Part shown: positions 9,445-19,866 of the stretch, piece by piece
Position numbering within the stretch: the stretch's first letter is position 1
Layout: the number at the start of each line of letters is the position of its first letter
From: Candidatus Curtissbacteria bacterium RIFCSPLOWO2_12_FULL_41_16
GTDB lineage: Bacteria; Patescibacteriota; Microgenomatia; Curtissbacterales; GWA2-41-24
DNA length: 64,000 nucleotides
Direction: 5' to 3'
Assembly (NCBI GenBank): GCA_001776545.1
Contig: MFBZ01000022.1
Span: forward strand, 14,065-78,064
Program-made: the position numbers and the translations under genes
Notes under the pieces: generated by a model
Told to the model about the DNA's origin: nothing
Databases searched by the model: none
What the model saw: the letters and a program-made list of their open reading frames with translations, nothing else

Positions 9445-10608
9445 ATGAAATTCAAGATACAACAAAACGATCTTCTAAAAACATTGCTTGCCGTCAATAG
9501 GTCTATTTTAGCGAAAACAAACCTCCCTATTCTTTCCGGTGTGTTAATTTCAACCTCTGGCGAGGTCCTTGAGGTTCTTTCTACAAACCTTGAAACAGCA
9601 GCCAGGGTGGGGGCTGTATGTAAAACCGAGACGACAGGCAAGGCGGTTCTTCCGGGGAGGATACTCTTGGAGTTTGTGTCGCAACTCCCAGAAGGAGAGG
9701 TTGTTTTTGAGAAGCTGGGCGAGGAAGTTTTAGTAAAACTAGGCAGCTATGGTGCGCGTTTTGCAACAATGCCAACTGAAGACTTCCCAGCAATTCCGAA
9801 GATTGAAAAAGGACAGACTATAAAATTTAGCGCCGGTGATTTTGTGAGGACGGTTTTAAAAGTTGCATTTTGTGCAGCGGCCGATGAAGGACGGCCGGTT
9901 TTAACCGGTGTTCTTTGCGAGCTTGAGAAGAATCTTCTTTCGATGGTAGCAACAGATGGTTACCGTTTAGGTTTCCAAAAAATAGCAACAACAGGAGAAG
10001 CAGTCCCTTTAAAAATTATTATTCCCTCAAAATCACTTATTGAGGCAGCAAAGCTTATTGGTGAGAGAACCGAGGGGAAAACAGATGAGAGCATAGAAAT
10101 GATTATTGCCGATGATTTTAACCAGGTTAACTTCCAGGTCGATAAACTGCCTAGCGCTAAGACAGGCGTCGAATTTACCTCGAGGCTTATTGAGGGCGAA
10201 TTCCCAAACTGGCAAAAGATCATCCCGACAAGTTTTAATTCACTCGCCAGAATTTCCAAAGAGGAGTTTATTAAATTGGTAAGAATCGCCTCAATCTTTG
10301 CTCGAGATTCCGGGAATATTATTAGACTTAAACTTGAGGGTCATGCGGCAAAGGGCGCTGGGTTAATGACCGTTTTTGCTACCAACAATCAGCTAGGATC
10401 AAACCAGGCTGCATGCGAGATAGAGATGACAGGTCGCGGCGGGGAAATCGCCTTTAATTTTCGTTATCTTTTGGAGATGCTCTCTTCGATTGAGGGGGAG
10501 GATGTCAATTTTGAAATGATTGAGAGTTTAAACCCGGGGAAGTTTACGGAAACAGATAGCAGGGACAACTTTTTCCATATAATTATGCCGGTGAGACTGC
10601 AAAGTTAG
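9445..10608 (+). CDS. dnaN: DNA polymerase III beta clamp
   Basis: LPILSGV, RPVLTGV, ATDGYRL, SRLIEGEFP, IIMPVR. Confidence 0.98.
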   Translation: MKFKIQQNDLLKTLLAVNRSILAKTNLPILSGVLISTSGEVLEVLSTNLETAARVGAVCKTETTGKAVLPGRILLEFVSQLPEGEVVFEKLGEEVLVKLGSYGARFATMPTEDFPAIPKIEKGQTIKFSAGDFVRTVLKVAFCAAADEGRPVLTGVLCELEKNLLSMVATDGYRLGFQKIATTGEAVPLKIIIPSKSLIEAAKLIGERTEGKTDESIEMIIADDFNQVNFQVDKLPSAKTGVEFTSRLIEGEFPNWQKIIPTSFNSLARISKEEFIKLVRIASIFARDSGNIIRLKLEGHAAKGAGLMTVFATNNQLGSNQAACEIEMTGRGGEIAFNFRYLLEMLSSIEGEDVNFEMIESLNPGKFTETDSRDNFFHIIMPVRLQS

Positions 10609-10674
10609 TTTCTGGTAATGATTAACCGGTAGCTGGTAATTTGTAACCAGATACCGGTTACCAGGTGCACAATC

Positions 10675-10977
10675 GTGTTTACCCCAATTGGAACTTTAAT
10701 CAAAAATTTCCCTCGTCGCTCTAAAACTCCGGAGGCGGTTTTAGCATTGCAAGTTAGACAGGCTGCCAAAGAATCCTTGGGGGAAATTTGTAGAGATTTG
10801 GGAAGCGATGTTTTGGACTCTGCCAAGATCAAATCTTTTAAAAATGGGATATTAGTAATACAGGCCCCGAGTTTGCTTTGCGCAGAGCTTCAGATGCGCT
10901 CTGAGGGGCTGATACGTGAGATTAATCGGGTGTTTGCGAAAAGACTGGTAACTCATTTAAGGTTTAGGGTTGGATAA
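10675..10977 (+). CDS. DciA (DUF721) family protein
   Basis: Follows dnaN; FKNGILVIQAPS..CAEL...INR...LRFRV pattern. Confidence 0.6.
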   Translation: MFTPIGTLIKNFPRRSKTPEAVLALQVRQAAKESLGEICRDLGSDVLDSAKIKSFKNGILVIQAPSLLCAELQMRSEGLIREINRVFAKRLVTHLRFRVG

Positions 10978-11553
10978 GAAATTTTGAGGCTCTTCTAAAC
11001 TAAGCCCAGGATGTTGTCGGAGAAAATTTTCCAGGGTTGCCGGCGCAAAATACCAAATTTCGACAATAGTTTTGTCGAATTGGCCGGCAAAGACTAAAAT
11101 ACCTGCTTGACCCCAAAAGTGTCCTGGCGCAAAAGTTCCGTGTTCGCCATAAAGTATTTTTTCTGATTGACCGTATTTTTGGATATAATTATCAAGGGTT
11201 CCCTTTTCATTGCCAATGACTTGTTCTTTGATAAGCGCAATTGTATTTTCTGTAAACTCGACCCGATGAGGTCTAAACTCTTGATTTGATCGGTACTTGT
11301 AGATTGTTTGTTCACCGCTTCCCTCGACTCCTTCTGGAGGACCAAGGATTGATTCGAGCTTTTCTTTAGTAGTTTTACCTGCATAAATATTCCCTTGCCA
11401 CGGAGTCCCCGTGGGACTTTCCGGCCCTTTATTTTTTGATGAGAACGAGAAAATTGCTAGCAGGAACATGCCGATGGAAAGAACTCCTAAAAGCAAGAGG
11501 ATCCATTCGGATTTTAGTATATTGGCAACTCGCGTCAAACTTAGTTTCTCCAT
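10957..11553 (-). CDS. Single-TM exported hypothetical protein
   Basis: N-terminal TM; GKTTKEKLESILGPP is SmpA/BLIP-like; start abuts the stop of the 1207-aa gene. Confidence 0.6.
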   Translation of the reverse strand: MEKLSLTRVANILKSEWILLLLGVLSIGMFLLAIFSFSSKNKGPESPTGTPWQGNIYAGKTTKEKLESILGPPEGVEGSGEQTIYKYRSNQEFRPHRVEFTENTIALIKEQVIGNEKGTLDNYIQKYGQSEKILYGEHGTFAPGHFWGQAGILVFAGQFDKTIVEIWYFAPATLENFLRQHPGLSLEEPQNFLSNPKP

Positions 11554-14500
11554 CAATATTCAACTCCTCCAAAAATTTGGGTTTTGGCAAAGTTGTAATG
11601 GACAGGCCTATCATTTTTGAAAGTTGTCCACCCAGGCCCAGGGTTGACCCAAGCGCCACCTGGATAACCGGACCAAGATCTGGGGTTAAAGCTGTGGGTT
11701 TTTGAAACCACATAATCACTAATCATCTCGGCAAAAGACTCTGAGGCAACGCCCCAGGTTATTTCTTGAGGGGGGAAAGGATAGGTAGGCATCAAGCCCT
11801 CCTGGTTGTAAATACCTATAAAGTTGTTGTAGATGCCGGTATTGTAGTTACCAAGCACATGGCCCATCTCATGGATAATGACATATTTGGCAAAACTGGT
11901 TGGTGTCATATTACAGGCAACGGTGATTCTGTTGCCGCCGTTTACTGTTCCGCAGACCCCACTCCCAAGTGAGCCGTCAGAGACGCGAATTAAATAAATA
12001 GTGCCGGCGTTTTGGAGCAGAGAGACAGCCTGTGGTGATTGGTCTAAGTCTTTGCAGATTTCGTCGATGTTGTTATTCTCGGTGGAAGACCAAGGGCCTT
12101 GCCGCTCAATTATTCCGCAAATTGTTGGAGGGTTACCAATGACTACTGTGGCAGTTGTATTGCCGGTGATCGTGGGTTCGCTTTCGGGCGTAGCTGTGAC
12201 TGTGACAGTATTGGCAACGACCGAATCTGAGAAGTCATGTCCGGCTTGAGTGTCGGCAGTAATAGTAAATTGACAGCTCCAAGTTGCATTGGCAGCAAGC
12301 GTCTCAGGGATTGTATCTGCACAAGGCGGTGATATCAAATTACCATTTTTATCTTGAGTTACAGTAAAGTTGCCGTTTTTGGCTTGGACTTTTAATTCAT
12401 CGGTAATTTGCAGACCTGTGAGACCCTTTTCTTTGGCTGTTAGGGTTATAAAGAAAGTAATATCAGCGGGCAATTGGTTATTTTCCAGACGGTTAGGAGT
12501 TGCTGATTTGGTTACTGTAAAAAATGGTGTTTCCCCGGGTGGAGCAATTGCTGTTGGTAAGTCTGCTTCCGGATTAAAAAAGGTGGTGGCGGTGACAATG
12601 CCGATGATGGTGCCGCCAATGGCAACGGCGCTAATGCCGCCGACAACTGGAACTGCGGCAAGGGCCGTTGAGGGAGCAAGACCGGTCAAGCCGATGACAA
12701 AATTGGCAGCACCTGAGAGGAATCCGAGTGCGCCACCGGCCGCTGCGGTAATGCCGCCCCAAACGGTAGAAGCAGCGCCAGTAAAAAATCCGCCGATGGT
12801 ACCGATAATCCCGCTGGTTGTTCCTGTTGCTACACTGGTTGTGCCGGCGAAGAAGTTTTTGATTTGGATCAAGCCGCCGGCTGCCAGCCAGCCAATGCCA
12901 GCGCCAATCGCGGCGCCAATGGGGCCTCCTAAGATAAATCCGATAGCCGCGCCAGTGCCAATTGCTCCGATGGCGCTAAGAACATAATGACCAATAACGT
13001 AGCCAAGTGCGCCTCCGATGAAAGATCCGATATAAGCACCGGCAATGACACCAACGAAGGTTCCCAATGGACCGAAAGCACTGCCTAAGATTCCACCGAC
13101 GACTGCTCCGGTTGTGCCACCGACACCAACACCAATGCCGGCGGTGACGGCAGTTGGCGATCCGGTGAATAAACCCAGGGCAATTGCGCCACCAACTGTT
13201 CCACCAACTATCCCCCCAGTGAACATGCTTAGAGGGATGACTACGGGAGCGGCAAGTAGTCCAAACGGACCGAGGGCGACACAGATGCCAATACCGACTC
13301 CAAGACCGATGGTTGCCCCAATGGTTGCGCCGATTAGAAAACCTGTGAAAGCAGCCTGTCCTAGAGCTAGAAAGAAGAGTCCAAGGCCGCCTAAGACGGC
13401 GCCGGCAATATTTCTGATTTTGTGGCCGATCCCTAAGACTATGCCGGCTGGAGTGAAGCCGATAACACCAGCTGGGGCTATGCCCATGCCAAATGACGGC
13501 GCAAGGCTGGTGACTGAGAATCTAAAGCCGGGGTTTATCTTGCCAAAAAAGGAAAGACTTCCGGGGGCAATGGAGGTAAAAGCCGCGCGGGGGCCAAAAC
13601 AGGGGCTGTTGATAATGGTTTGTGGTCTAAAATAATCAAGTCGATACTCCCAAAAGGATTGGGCGCTGTAGGTTGCTTGAAGTAATGCTAGGCGATCTCT
13701 AAAAATATTGCGAAAGGCGGATGCCCTTTTGGGTTTTTTGAGGGCAAGTTCTTGGGCTTTTTGTAACTTGGCTAATTTGATCCGAGACGTTAGGTAAATT
13801 TTTCTTTCCCGATTGGTTAATGACATTTTCTTTTTAAAGTTTCCGGCCTCTAATGTTGTTTTTTTAAGTTCTCTGTTTAGCCACTCCTGATCATGAGCAA
13901 GAAGTGCCAGTTGGGCATCGGACAAATTTTTATCGGAGGATAGAACTAAGCCAGAACCGGTAGGGAGTCGGAACTTTTGTTCGGGTAAAACTTTTGGTGG
14001 TGCCAGTCTTAAATTGGTTGCTAGGGGAGCGGTTAAATTGCCATAGCCGATTTGTAGGCCTACTCTTTTGACACTCTCATTTTGAGAAATCGCTGTACCT
14101 ATTTTAGCTGTAGCTTTGTTGTGGGCGATTTCTTTGTATTTCTGAAGATCTTCAAATGAAGGAATTGTTGTTGGCGAAATCTTTGGAATCTGGCTTGCGA
14201 ATTCGTCAAGATAAGTAACAAGGTAAGTACCAAGACTTGCTTTGAGAATCTCTTGACTTTGGGGAGTAGCAAGAGGTGCGCTAGTTTCTATGATTTGTTT
14301 AACGTTATCTGAAATAGTGTTTAAAGTTTCTTGGGAAGGTTTTCTAAACGTACTGAGCTCTGTAAGTGATCCTAAAACTGCAGATTTTTCCAGTTGAGGC
14401 TTAAGTGATTCGGCGATTTGTGAGGTAATTGGTGTAACTTTTTGGATAAGTTTTTCTTCGTTGAGTTGAATTTCTGGGGGAAGAGTTTTATCTGGGTTTT

Positions 14501-15176
14501 TGGCAGGAAATGATTTGGAAATTGCTGGGCCTAGGTCTGGGTCTGCGATTAATGTTTGAATGACTGAGTCGGTGATGACATCTTGAGTTTGGGCAAGGTC
14601 GGCAATCTTGGGTATATTTTCAAGTGTTTCACGGGTTACTTCATTGGCGATTTCTTCGGAAATTTTGGCTAGTTGATCTTGAGGAATGTCTTTGATGCCT
14701 AAGGACGTGATAAGTGTTTGGACCTGAGGTGTTAATGCTGAAGTTAGCTTGACGGCCGTTTCTTGTTGATGTTTTCTTAATATTGGTTCGATGGCCTCAA
14801 GTTCGGCCAGAACTCCGAGCGCGGACGGACGACCTTTGGCGGCTTTGGCAGCGGTTAGATCTTCACCAGTGAGTCTTGGTACTGCCGACTCCCTTGGTGT
14901 TTCCAGTTTTTGTGATATTTCGTCGATGACCTCCTTGATTTTTTGTTGGTCGCCGACTATTTTTTGAAGATCAGTGGTTTTGAATCTGCTATAAATCCAG
15001 GTGTCGATTTCGTCCGCTGATATTAATTCCAAACCGGTGAATTGTTTCTGGAGCTCTTTTAAACCCGGTAGTTTTTTACCGTTGCCACGCTTAGGATCCA
15101 GTAAATAGTCGATCGACCAAGTTACGGCTTTGAGAAAGAGGGCGGTATCGAGTTTCGCGGCAGCTTCGGCAGGCAT
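11553..15176 (-). CDS. Large T4SS-associated protein: helical N-terminus, Gly-zipper hydrophobic region, DUF11/Ig-like domain, C-terminal HExxH zinc metallopeptidase
   Basis: ~300 aa of GxxxG repeats; TVTKSATP...ITFFITLT..QITD; IIHEMGHVL (HEMGH at 11859-11873) followed by ESFAE. Confidence 0.7.
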   Translation of the reverse strand: MPAEAAAKLDTALFLKAVTWSIDYLLDPKRGNGKKLPGLKELQKQFTGLELISADEIDTWIYSRFKTTDLQKIVGDQQKIKEVIDEISQKLETPRESAVPRLTGEDLTAAKAAKGRPSALGVLAELEAIEPILRKHQQETAVKLTSALTPQVQTLITSLGIKDIPQDQLAKISEEIANEVTRETLENIPKIADLAQTQDVITDSVIQTLIADPDLGPAISKSFPAKNPDKTLPPEIQLNEEKLIQKVTPITSQIAESLKPQLEKSAVLGSLTELSTFRKPSQETLNTISDNVKQIIETSAPLATPQSQEILKASLGTYLVTYLDEFASQIPKISPTTIPSFEDLQKYKEIAHNKATAKIGTAISQNESVKRVGLQIGYGNLTAPLATNLRLAPPKVLPEQKFRLPTGSGLVLSSDKNLSDAQLALLAHDQEWLNRELKKTTLEAGNFKKKMSLTNRERKIYLTSRIKLAKLQKAQELALKKPKRASAFRNIFRDRLALLQATYSAQSFWEYRLDYFRPQTIINSPCFGPRAAFTSIAPGSLSFFGKINPGFRFSVTSLAPSFGMGIAPAGVIGFTPAGIVLGIGHKIRNIAGAVLGGLGLFFLALGQAAFTGFLIGATIGATIGLGVGIGICVALGPFGLLAAPVVIPLSMFTGGIVGGTVGGAIALGLFTGSPTAVTAGIGVGVGGTTGAVVGGILGSAFGPLGTFVGVIAGAYIGSFIGGALGYVIGHYVLSAIGAIGTGAAIGFILGGPIGAAIGAGIGWLAAGGLIQIKNFFAGTTSVATGTTSGIIGTIGGFFTGAASTVWGGITAAAGGALGFLSGAANFVIGLTGLAPSTALAAVPVVGGISAVAIGGTIIGIVTATTFFNPEADLPTAIAPPGETPFFTVTKSATPNRLENNQLPADITFFITLTAKEKGLTGLQITDELKVQAKNGNFTVTQDKNGNLISPPCADTIPETLAANATWSCQFTITADTQAGHDFSDSVVANTVTVTATPESEPTITGNTTATVVIGNPPTICGIIERQGPWSSTENNNIDEICKDLDQSPQAVSLLQNAGTIYLIRVSDGSLGSGVCGTVNGGNRITVACNMTPTSFAKYVIIHEMGHVLGNYNTGIYNNFIGIYNQEGLMPTYPFPPQEITWGVASESFAEMISDYVVSKTHSFNPRSWSGYPGGAWVNPGPGWTTFKNDRPVHYNFAKTQIFGGVEY

Positions 15177-15278
15177 ACTTTAAAGATATCATGAATTGTT
15201 AAATTGTTTTTCATCAATAGAGCAATTTAGCAATATAAGAGAGCTTGGTATCTCGTAAGCTCGATATAGTAATTGAAT

Positions 15279-17099
15279 CTAGAATTGTTTTAAAACGGCG
15301 GCCGATTTTTTCTGCATCTCCAGAAGCTCTTCGGGCTTGGTGGTTACTAAATAGTGTTCGTCTTCCGAGGCGACTATACGAATGGCGACATGGTTTGGTC
15401 CGGCAAAGAAGATGCCTTCACCAACGTCGGCTGCCAGAAGTAAGTGCTTTTCGCCTTCTGATAGATAAAAGACTTCGGCGATCTGATCGATGGCGGCTGG
15501 CGATTGTTTTAGGAGAATCTGGATTGAAGAATTAGTGACGATAGCCTTACCATAATCGGTTCTTAGAAAGTCGGTAACATCCTGAGTGATAGTGGTCAGA
15601 CCCAGATAATACTTTCTGGCCCTTTTGGCGATACTGTACATGAAGGTAGCGCTGTCAGGGTACTGCATCATATACCAGGCCTCATCGACAATGAGAAGGC
15701 GCTTTCTAATATTGTTTTTAATTCTGGTCCAGATAAAGTCTAAAATCAAATACATGGCAATTGGCCGCAGCTCATCCTCCATGTCTTTAATAGAAAAGAC
15801 AGTAAAAGTATTTTTAATGTCGATATTGCTTTGTTGGTTAAAAATGCCAACCAGCGAGCCTTTAACAAATTTCTCAATGCGATCGGCAAGACCGCGGGCG
15901 GCCTGATCTTCCATGCCAAGAAGTATTTTATAGAGATCTTCCATTAGAGGAGGTTCGTTTTTTTGAGTTGCCGGATCAGGGGTAATCCCTTTGGCTTTAT
16001 AGGTGGCAACTAAGGCTCGGTCTAAAAGAGCATCTTCAGTCGGAGTTAAATTGCCCATGATGACTTTGAAAAGTCCATGCAGAGAAAGAATTTTTAGACC
16101 AAGTTCATTTTCGCCTTCTTCATAAACACCGGAGAGGTCAAATGGATTGATTTTAGCGGGTGAGTTGAAATTAAAAGTAATATATTCCCCGCCGATTGCC
16201 TCACAAAGATTTTTATATTCTTCCTCCGGATCGATGACGATAATTTCAGTACCGAACATTAGGGAGCGAAGAGCTTCGAGCTTCACCAGATACGATTTGC
16301 CGGCACCGGATTTGGCAAAAATGACGGAATTGGCGTTTTCTAAAGAAAAGCGGTCAAAAATCACCAGAGAGCCGTTGTGTTCATTGATCCCATACATAAT
16401 GCCGGTATTTGAGGTTAGTGATGAGGAGATGAAAGGGAAAGTGGTCGCAAGGGAGGTGGTATCCATGTTGCGTGTAATATAGATATGGTCAGTGCCCTGC
16501 GGCAGGGTAGTTTTGAAAGCCTCTTCCTGCTGGAGAGTGGCATGTTTGGGGACTAAAAGCAGTGAGCCCAGGGTTGACTCTACTTGTTTGGTGATGGTAT
16601 CCAGTTCTTCACGACTGTCGGCAGGGATAGTGACATAGAGGGCAAACTGAAAGAAGCGTTCGGCTCCTTTGACTAATTCTTCTTGTAGAACCTGTGCATC
16701 TTCCAAAGCAGCTTGGACGGCCGGGTCGAGAACGCGGCCATGTTGGATATCGGTGGCGATGGTAGCTTCCATTTCGGTGATTTTGCGCTTGAGATCATCA
16801 AGAACTCCCTTTGCCTCGACCGGGTAAGAGTACATGGCAATTTCCAGAGTGTGTTCGAAATTAATTAAGGGAGCAAGCCAATTAGCCTGCACAAATCTGG
16901 GGTAGCCTACGACAAAAAGGGTCCTAAAATATGTTGAGCCAACTTTAATGAAGTCGAAATCGACTTCAATTGCCGGAGGCGCAATGATGTCTTTAACTGA
17001 GACGATGCCAGTCGCAAGTGTTTGAACCCACTGCTTCTGCTTATCGGAAAGCTGGGTCTCTCCTGTTTTTTTAGGCGCAAATGGGTTAAATATGCTCAT
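15279..17099 (-). CDS. VirB4/TraC-like secretion ATPase
   Basis: Walker A AKSGAGKS, VIDPEEEY, INPFD, Walker B LIVDEAW, KRARKY, TQDV. Confidence 0.92.
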   Translation of the reverse strand: MSIFNPFAPKKTGETQLSDKQKQWVQTLATGIVSVKDIIAPPAIEVDFDFIKVGSTYFRTLFVVGYPRFVQANWLAPLINFEHTLEIAMYSYPVEAKGVLDDLKRKITEMEATIATDIQHGRVLDPAVQAALEDAQVLQEELVKGAERFFQFALYVTIPADSREELDTITKQVESTLGSLLLVPKHATLQQEEAFKTTLPQGTDHIYITRNMDTTSLATTFPFISSSLTSNTGIMYGINEHNGSLVIFDRFSLENANSVIFAKSGAGKSYLVKLEALRSLMFGTEIIVIDPEEEYKNLCEAIGGEYITFNFNSPAKINPFDLSGVYEEGENELGLKILSLHGLFKVIMGNLTPTEDALLDRALVATYKAKGITPDPATQKNEPPLMEDLYKILLGMEDQAARGLADRIEKFVKGSLVGIFNQQSNIDIKNTFTVFSIKDMEDELRPIAMYLILDFIWTRIKNNIRKRLLIVDEAWYMMQYPDSATFMYSIAKRARKYYLGLTTITQDVTDFLRTDYGKAIVTNSSIQILLKQSPAAIDQIAEVFYLSEGEKHLLLAADVGEGIFFAGPNHVAIRIVASEDEHYLVTTKPEELLEMQKKSAAVLKQF

Positions 17100-18100
17100 A
17101 CCGTTTTTCTTGATTCCGACTGCACGTTGTCGGGAGTACCCACAATTGTGTCATTGGCATTTTGTTGCGGTCGGACGATTTGGGCAACCCTGGCGGTTGC
17201 CTCCTGAAGGTTTTTTAAAGCCTCTACTTGATTATCGGTCGCTGGTCTTTGAGGTACTGGTCTTAAATTTGGACCAGTTTCGTTAAGAGGGTAAGCAGCA
17301 GCCGGCTGGGTTGGTAGGGAAGTTGGGTAGGCACTAAAGGGTTGGTTCGCAGTAATTTGTGACTTGTCGTCTGCTATTTTTGACTGCTCAGTGGCGGGGA
17401 CCGGATTCGGGCCAGAAGGCGGCGGAGCCGGCGAGGGGATTTCAACGGCCGGTTCAACTATCGGGGTGGTGTATGAGGAGGTGTCCAGAAGAATTCTTTG
17501 GGTTCCGGTCGGCGCCGGGTTGTAGATATCGTAGAAAAGCTCGATTAATTCTTGGGTAGTTAATTGTCTGGCCGAAAGTCCTAACCTGGCCATTTGTTTG
17601 ATTAAATGATCACGTTTGGGCAAAAGCGCGATTTTGGCGTCGGCAATAAGCTGCGATTTACCGCCGCTTTTAGTTGGTTTTCTGCCAGTAATGTTTTTGA
17701 AACCGAGTTCAAGCGGGGAGAAGTTAATGATTAAATAAAATTTTTTATCAAGAACCGTTTTTTGCTGGACAGTCGACTCTATAAAATCCAGATATTTTTG
17801 GATTTGTCTTTTAAGATCAGGGTTTGGTTGGGCATGTTCGGCCTCGGAGAGGCTGGCAAAATACGAGGTAATGTCAGCTTTTTTGGAGCGAATAAGAACT
17901 TCTACCGGAAAGGTTAATGAGTTTAGAAGAGCACCATAGGCATAAATCGTGGCATCCTGTTCGGCTTCAGACAAGAGGTCAAAGTTAACGGCAGTTAAAG
18001 ATAAGACAAGAGCAACCCAACCGGTTTTTAAAATTACCAAGTCGTCTATAATATTCTCTATGTCTAAATGTTCTTGAGTAGAGGCTTTAGTTTTTGCCAT
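17096..18100 (-). CDS. TraC-like accessory protein with Pro-rich tail
   Basis: STQEHLDIENI.DDLVILK, VNFDLLSEAEQDATIYAY; translationally coupled to the VirB4-like gene. Confidence 0.7.
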   Translation of the reverse strand: MAKTKASTQEHLDIENIIDDLVILKTGWVALVLSLTAVNFDLLSEAEQDATIYAYGALLNSLTFPVEVLIRSKKADITSYFASLSEAEHAQPNPDLKRQIQKYLDFIESTVQQKTVLDKKFYLIINFSPLELGFKNITGRKPTKSGGKSQLIADAKIALLPKRDHLIKQMARLGLSARQLTTQELIELFYDIYNPAPTGTQRILLDTSSYTTPIVEPAVEIPSPAPPPSGPNPVPATEQSKIADDKSQITANQPFSAYPTSLPTQPAAAYPLNETGPNLRPVPQRPATDNQVEALKNLQEATARVAQIVRPQQNANDTIVGTPDNVQSESRKTV

Positions 18101-18109
18101 ATATTAGTA

Positions 18110-19666
18110 TCAGTCCTTTGCTTTGACTTCCAGCGGAGCTAAAATTTGGCCTTCTAAGTTGATAGTGAAAGGCTCGAAGTGGGCCTGTTCACTTTCAATT
18201 TCTACTGAATACTTTCCGTTGGCAAGGGAGGTGACTGAAAGAAACTGTCCGAGTTTGTTGGTTTTAAGGGCACGAACGGGAATGCCATTTTCATCTCTGA
18301 CGATAATGATTGCACCAACAATTGGAGTATTATCTTTGCCACTTGTGGCCTGTCCCGAGAGAGTATTTGGATTAGTGGTTAGAGGAATGATTTTGGCCTT
18401 ACCAAGGCCGGCTGCAATTGAGGTTACGTTGGGATTTTGGCCTACAATAGAGATTTTCGAGTCGGCTATTACCTCTTGTTGCTTGAAGGAGGCATTTTGA
18501 GGAGCTGGTCTCTGGTTTGGTTTTGGAACAAAGTAGGCTTGTTTTGCATGAGCTGCGCGTTGGGTGTGTTTTTCAAAAGAGGTTGTGGTGGCCTGATGAG
18601 ATGGACCAGTCCAGACCGGAGGCTGGTTGCCTTTGGCTGGTTTCGGCTGGGGCTCATTAGTTATTGGTTCTGTAGTTTCCGGGAACCGGAAGCGCTTTTT
18701 AAGCTCTTCGGAAATCTCGAATCTGCGCTCGCCCCTGACTGGTAATTTCGACAGGTCAAAATCGACAGGCGGCGCAAAGTGAAGTTTTCTGACCCTGGTT
18801 TTGCCGACTGGCGGCAAAAAGGCTAGACGTTTGTCTGGCGTTTTAATGGGAATGACAAATTCCTGAGAGAAGTTGATATCTGAGGCCAGGTGACGGGGGT
18901 TTTTAGTTTCCTCTTCTTTCGGAGTGGAGTCTGAGAGCATAAGGAGTTCGACGGGGCCAGCATGGCCCGGGCCAAGTTTGGTTTCAAGGCCAGGGAGTAC
19001 GTAAGGCTTGGCATGGGAAGAAATTTTAACTGATGTGCGGGGTGAGAACATAATTGGAGGTTTGGTAGAAGGCAAGGATTCGGGCATGGGGGGAGTTTGG
19101 GCCAGGGTTAACTGGGGCACGGCTTTGATTTGGGGCAGGGCTTCTGAATAAAAGAGAATTGGCGCGGGTAGCTTTCCTTTGGGCACTTGTCCATATTCTT
19201 GGAGTTCAAGTCTTTGGAGCGCGATTTGCTCTTTGACATCAAGTGGCGCTACCTGACCCTTAGGGAGTGAACGTAAATAAGCAAGGAGCCTGGAGCGGCC
19301 TTGGGCGGTGGTTGTTTCTGGAGGATGTTTTTCGGGCAATGGGGCAGAGGTGACAACATTTAAGAACTCTGGTGTTTTTGATTCCTTAATCCAGGTGCGC
19401 AGCGTTGGTGAAAGAACGGAGCGGATAAAGGCGACTAACCATTTATCCAGTGGACGGCCGCCGAATGGCACAAGAGCGGCGATAAAGCCCAGAACGGCGA
19501 AGATGAGACTGGCGGGAATTTTTAAAATTGGGGCGAGAGGAGAGAAAAAAATCAAGGCGGCGACAGAGAGGGGAATTGCCAATGTTATAAACTGGCGAAC
19601 AGTCAGGTTACCAAAAAGTTTAAATTCAAAAGAAGCAATATGTTGCGGGACAGGATGTTGTTCCAT
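18110..19666 (-). CDS. PrgI-family membrane protein with C-terminal carboxypeptidase-regulatory-like domain
   Basis: MEQHPVPQHI..FEFKLFGNLTVRQF, two TM, GRPLDKW; C-terminal GAIIIVRD..KTNKLGQF..GKYSV. Confidence 0.8.
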   Translation of the reverse strand: MEQHPVPQHIASFEFKLFGNLTVRQFITLAIPLSVAALIFFSPLAPILKIPASLIFAVLGFIAALVPFGGRPLDKWLVAFIRSVLSPTLRTWIKESKTPEFLNVVTSAPLPEKHPPETTTAQGRSRLLAYLRSLPKGQVAPLDVKEQIALQRLELQEYGQVPKGKLPAPILFYSEALPQIKAVPQLTLAQTPPMPESLPSTKPPIMFSPRTSVKISSHAKPYVLPGLETKLGPGHAGPVELLMLSDSTPKEEETKNPRHLASDINFSQEFVIPIKTPDKRLAFLPPVGKTRVRKLHFAPPVDFDLSKLPVRGERRFEISEELKKRFRFPETTEPITNEPQPKPAKGNQPPVWTGPSHQATTTSFEKHTQRAAHAKQAYFVPKPNQRPAPQNASFKQQEVIADSKISIVGQNPNVTSIAAGLGKAKIIPLTTNPNTLSGQATSGKDNTPIVGAIIIVRDENGIPVRALKTNKLGQFLSVTSLANGKYSVEIESEQAHFEPFTINLEGQILAPLEVKAKD

Positions 19667-19866
19667 GATTGCAATTGCTAGATTGTTACATTGCTAAATT
19701 GTTGAATTGTTTAAAAATAAGCAGAGCTTTTCTTCGAATAACAATCTAACAATGAAACAATATAACAATATCACCCTACCATATGAAACAAGGTGCGGAA
19801 AGTAGATCAAACAGCCTCAAAATAGGCAGATTTTCACAGATGGAGAGTTAGTGTGATTTGCTGGAA

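Noticed and set aside
12370-13635. Plus-strand Pro/Ala/Met-rich ORFs (205 and 196 aa)
   Set aside because: Antisense shadows of the Gly-zipper region of the 1207-aa gene
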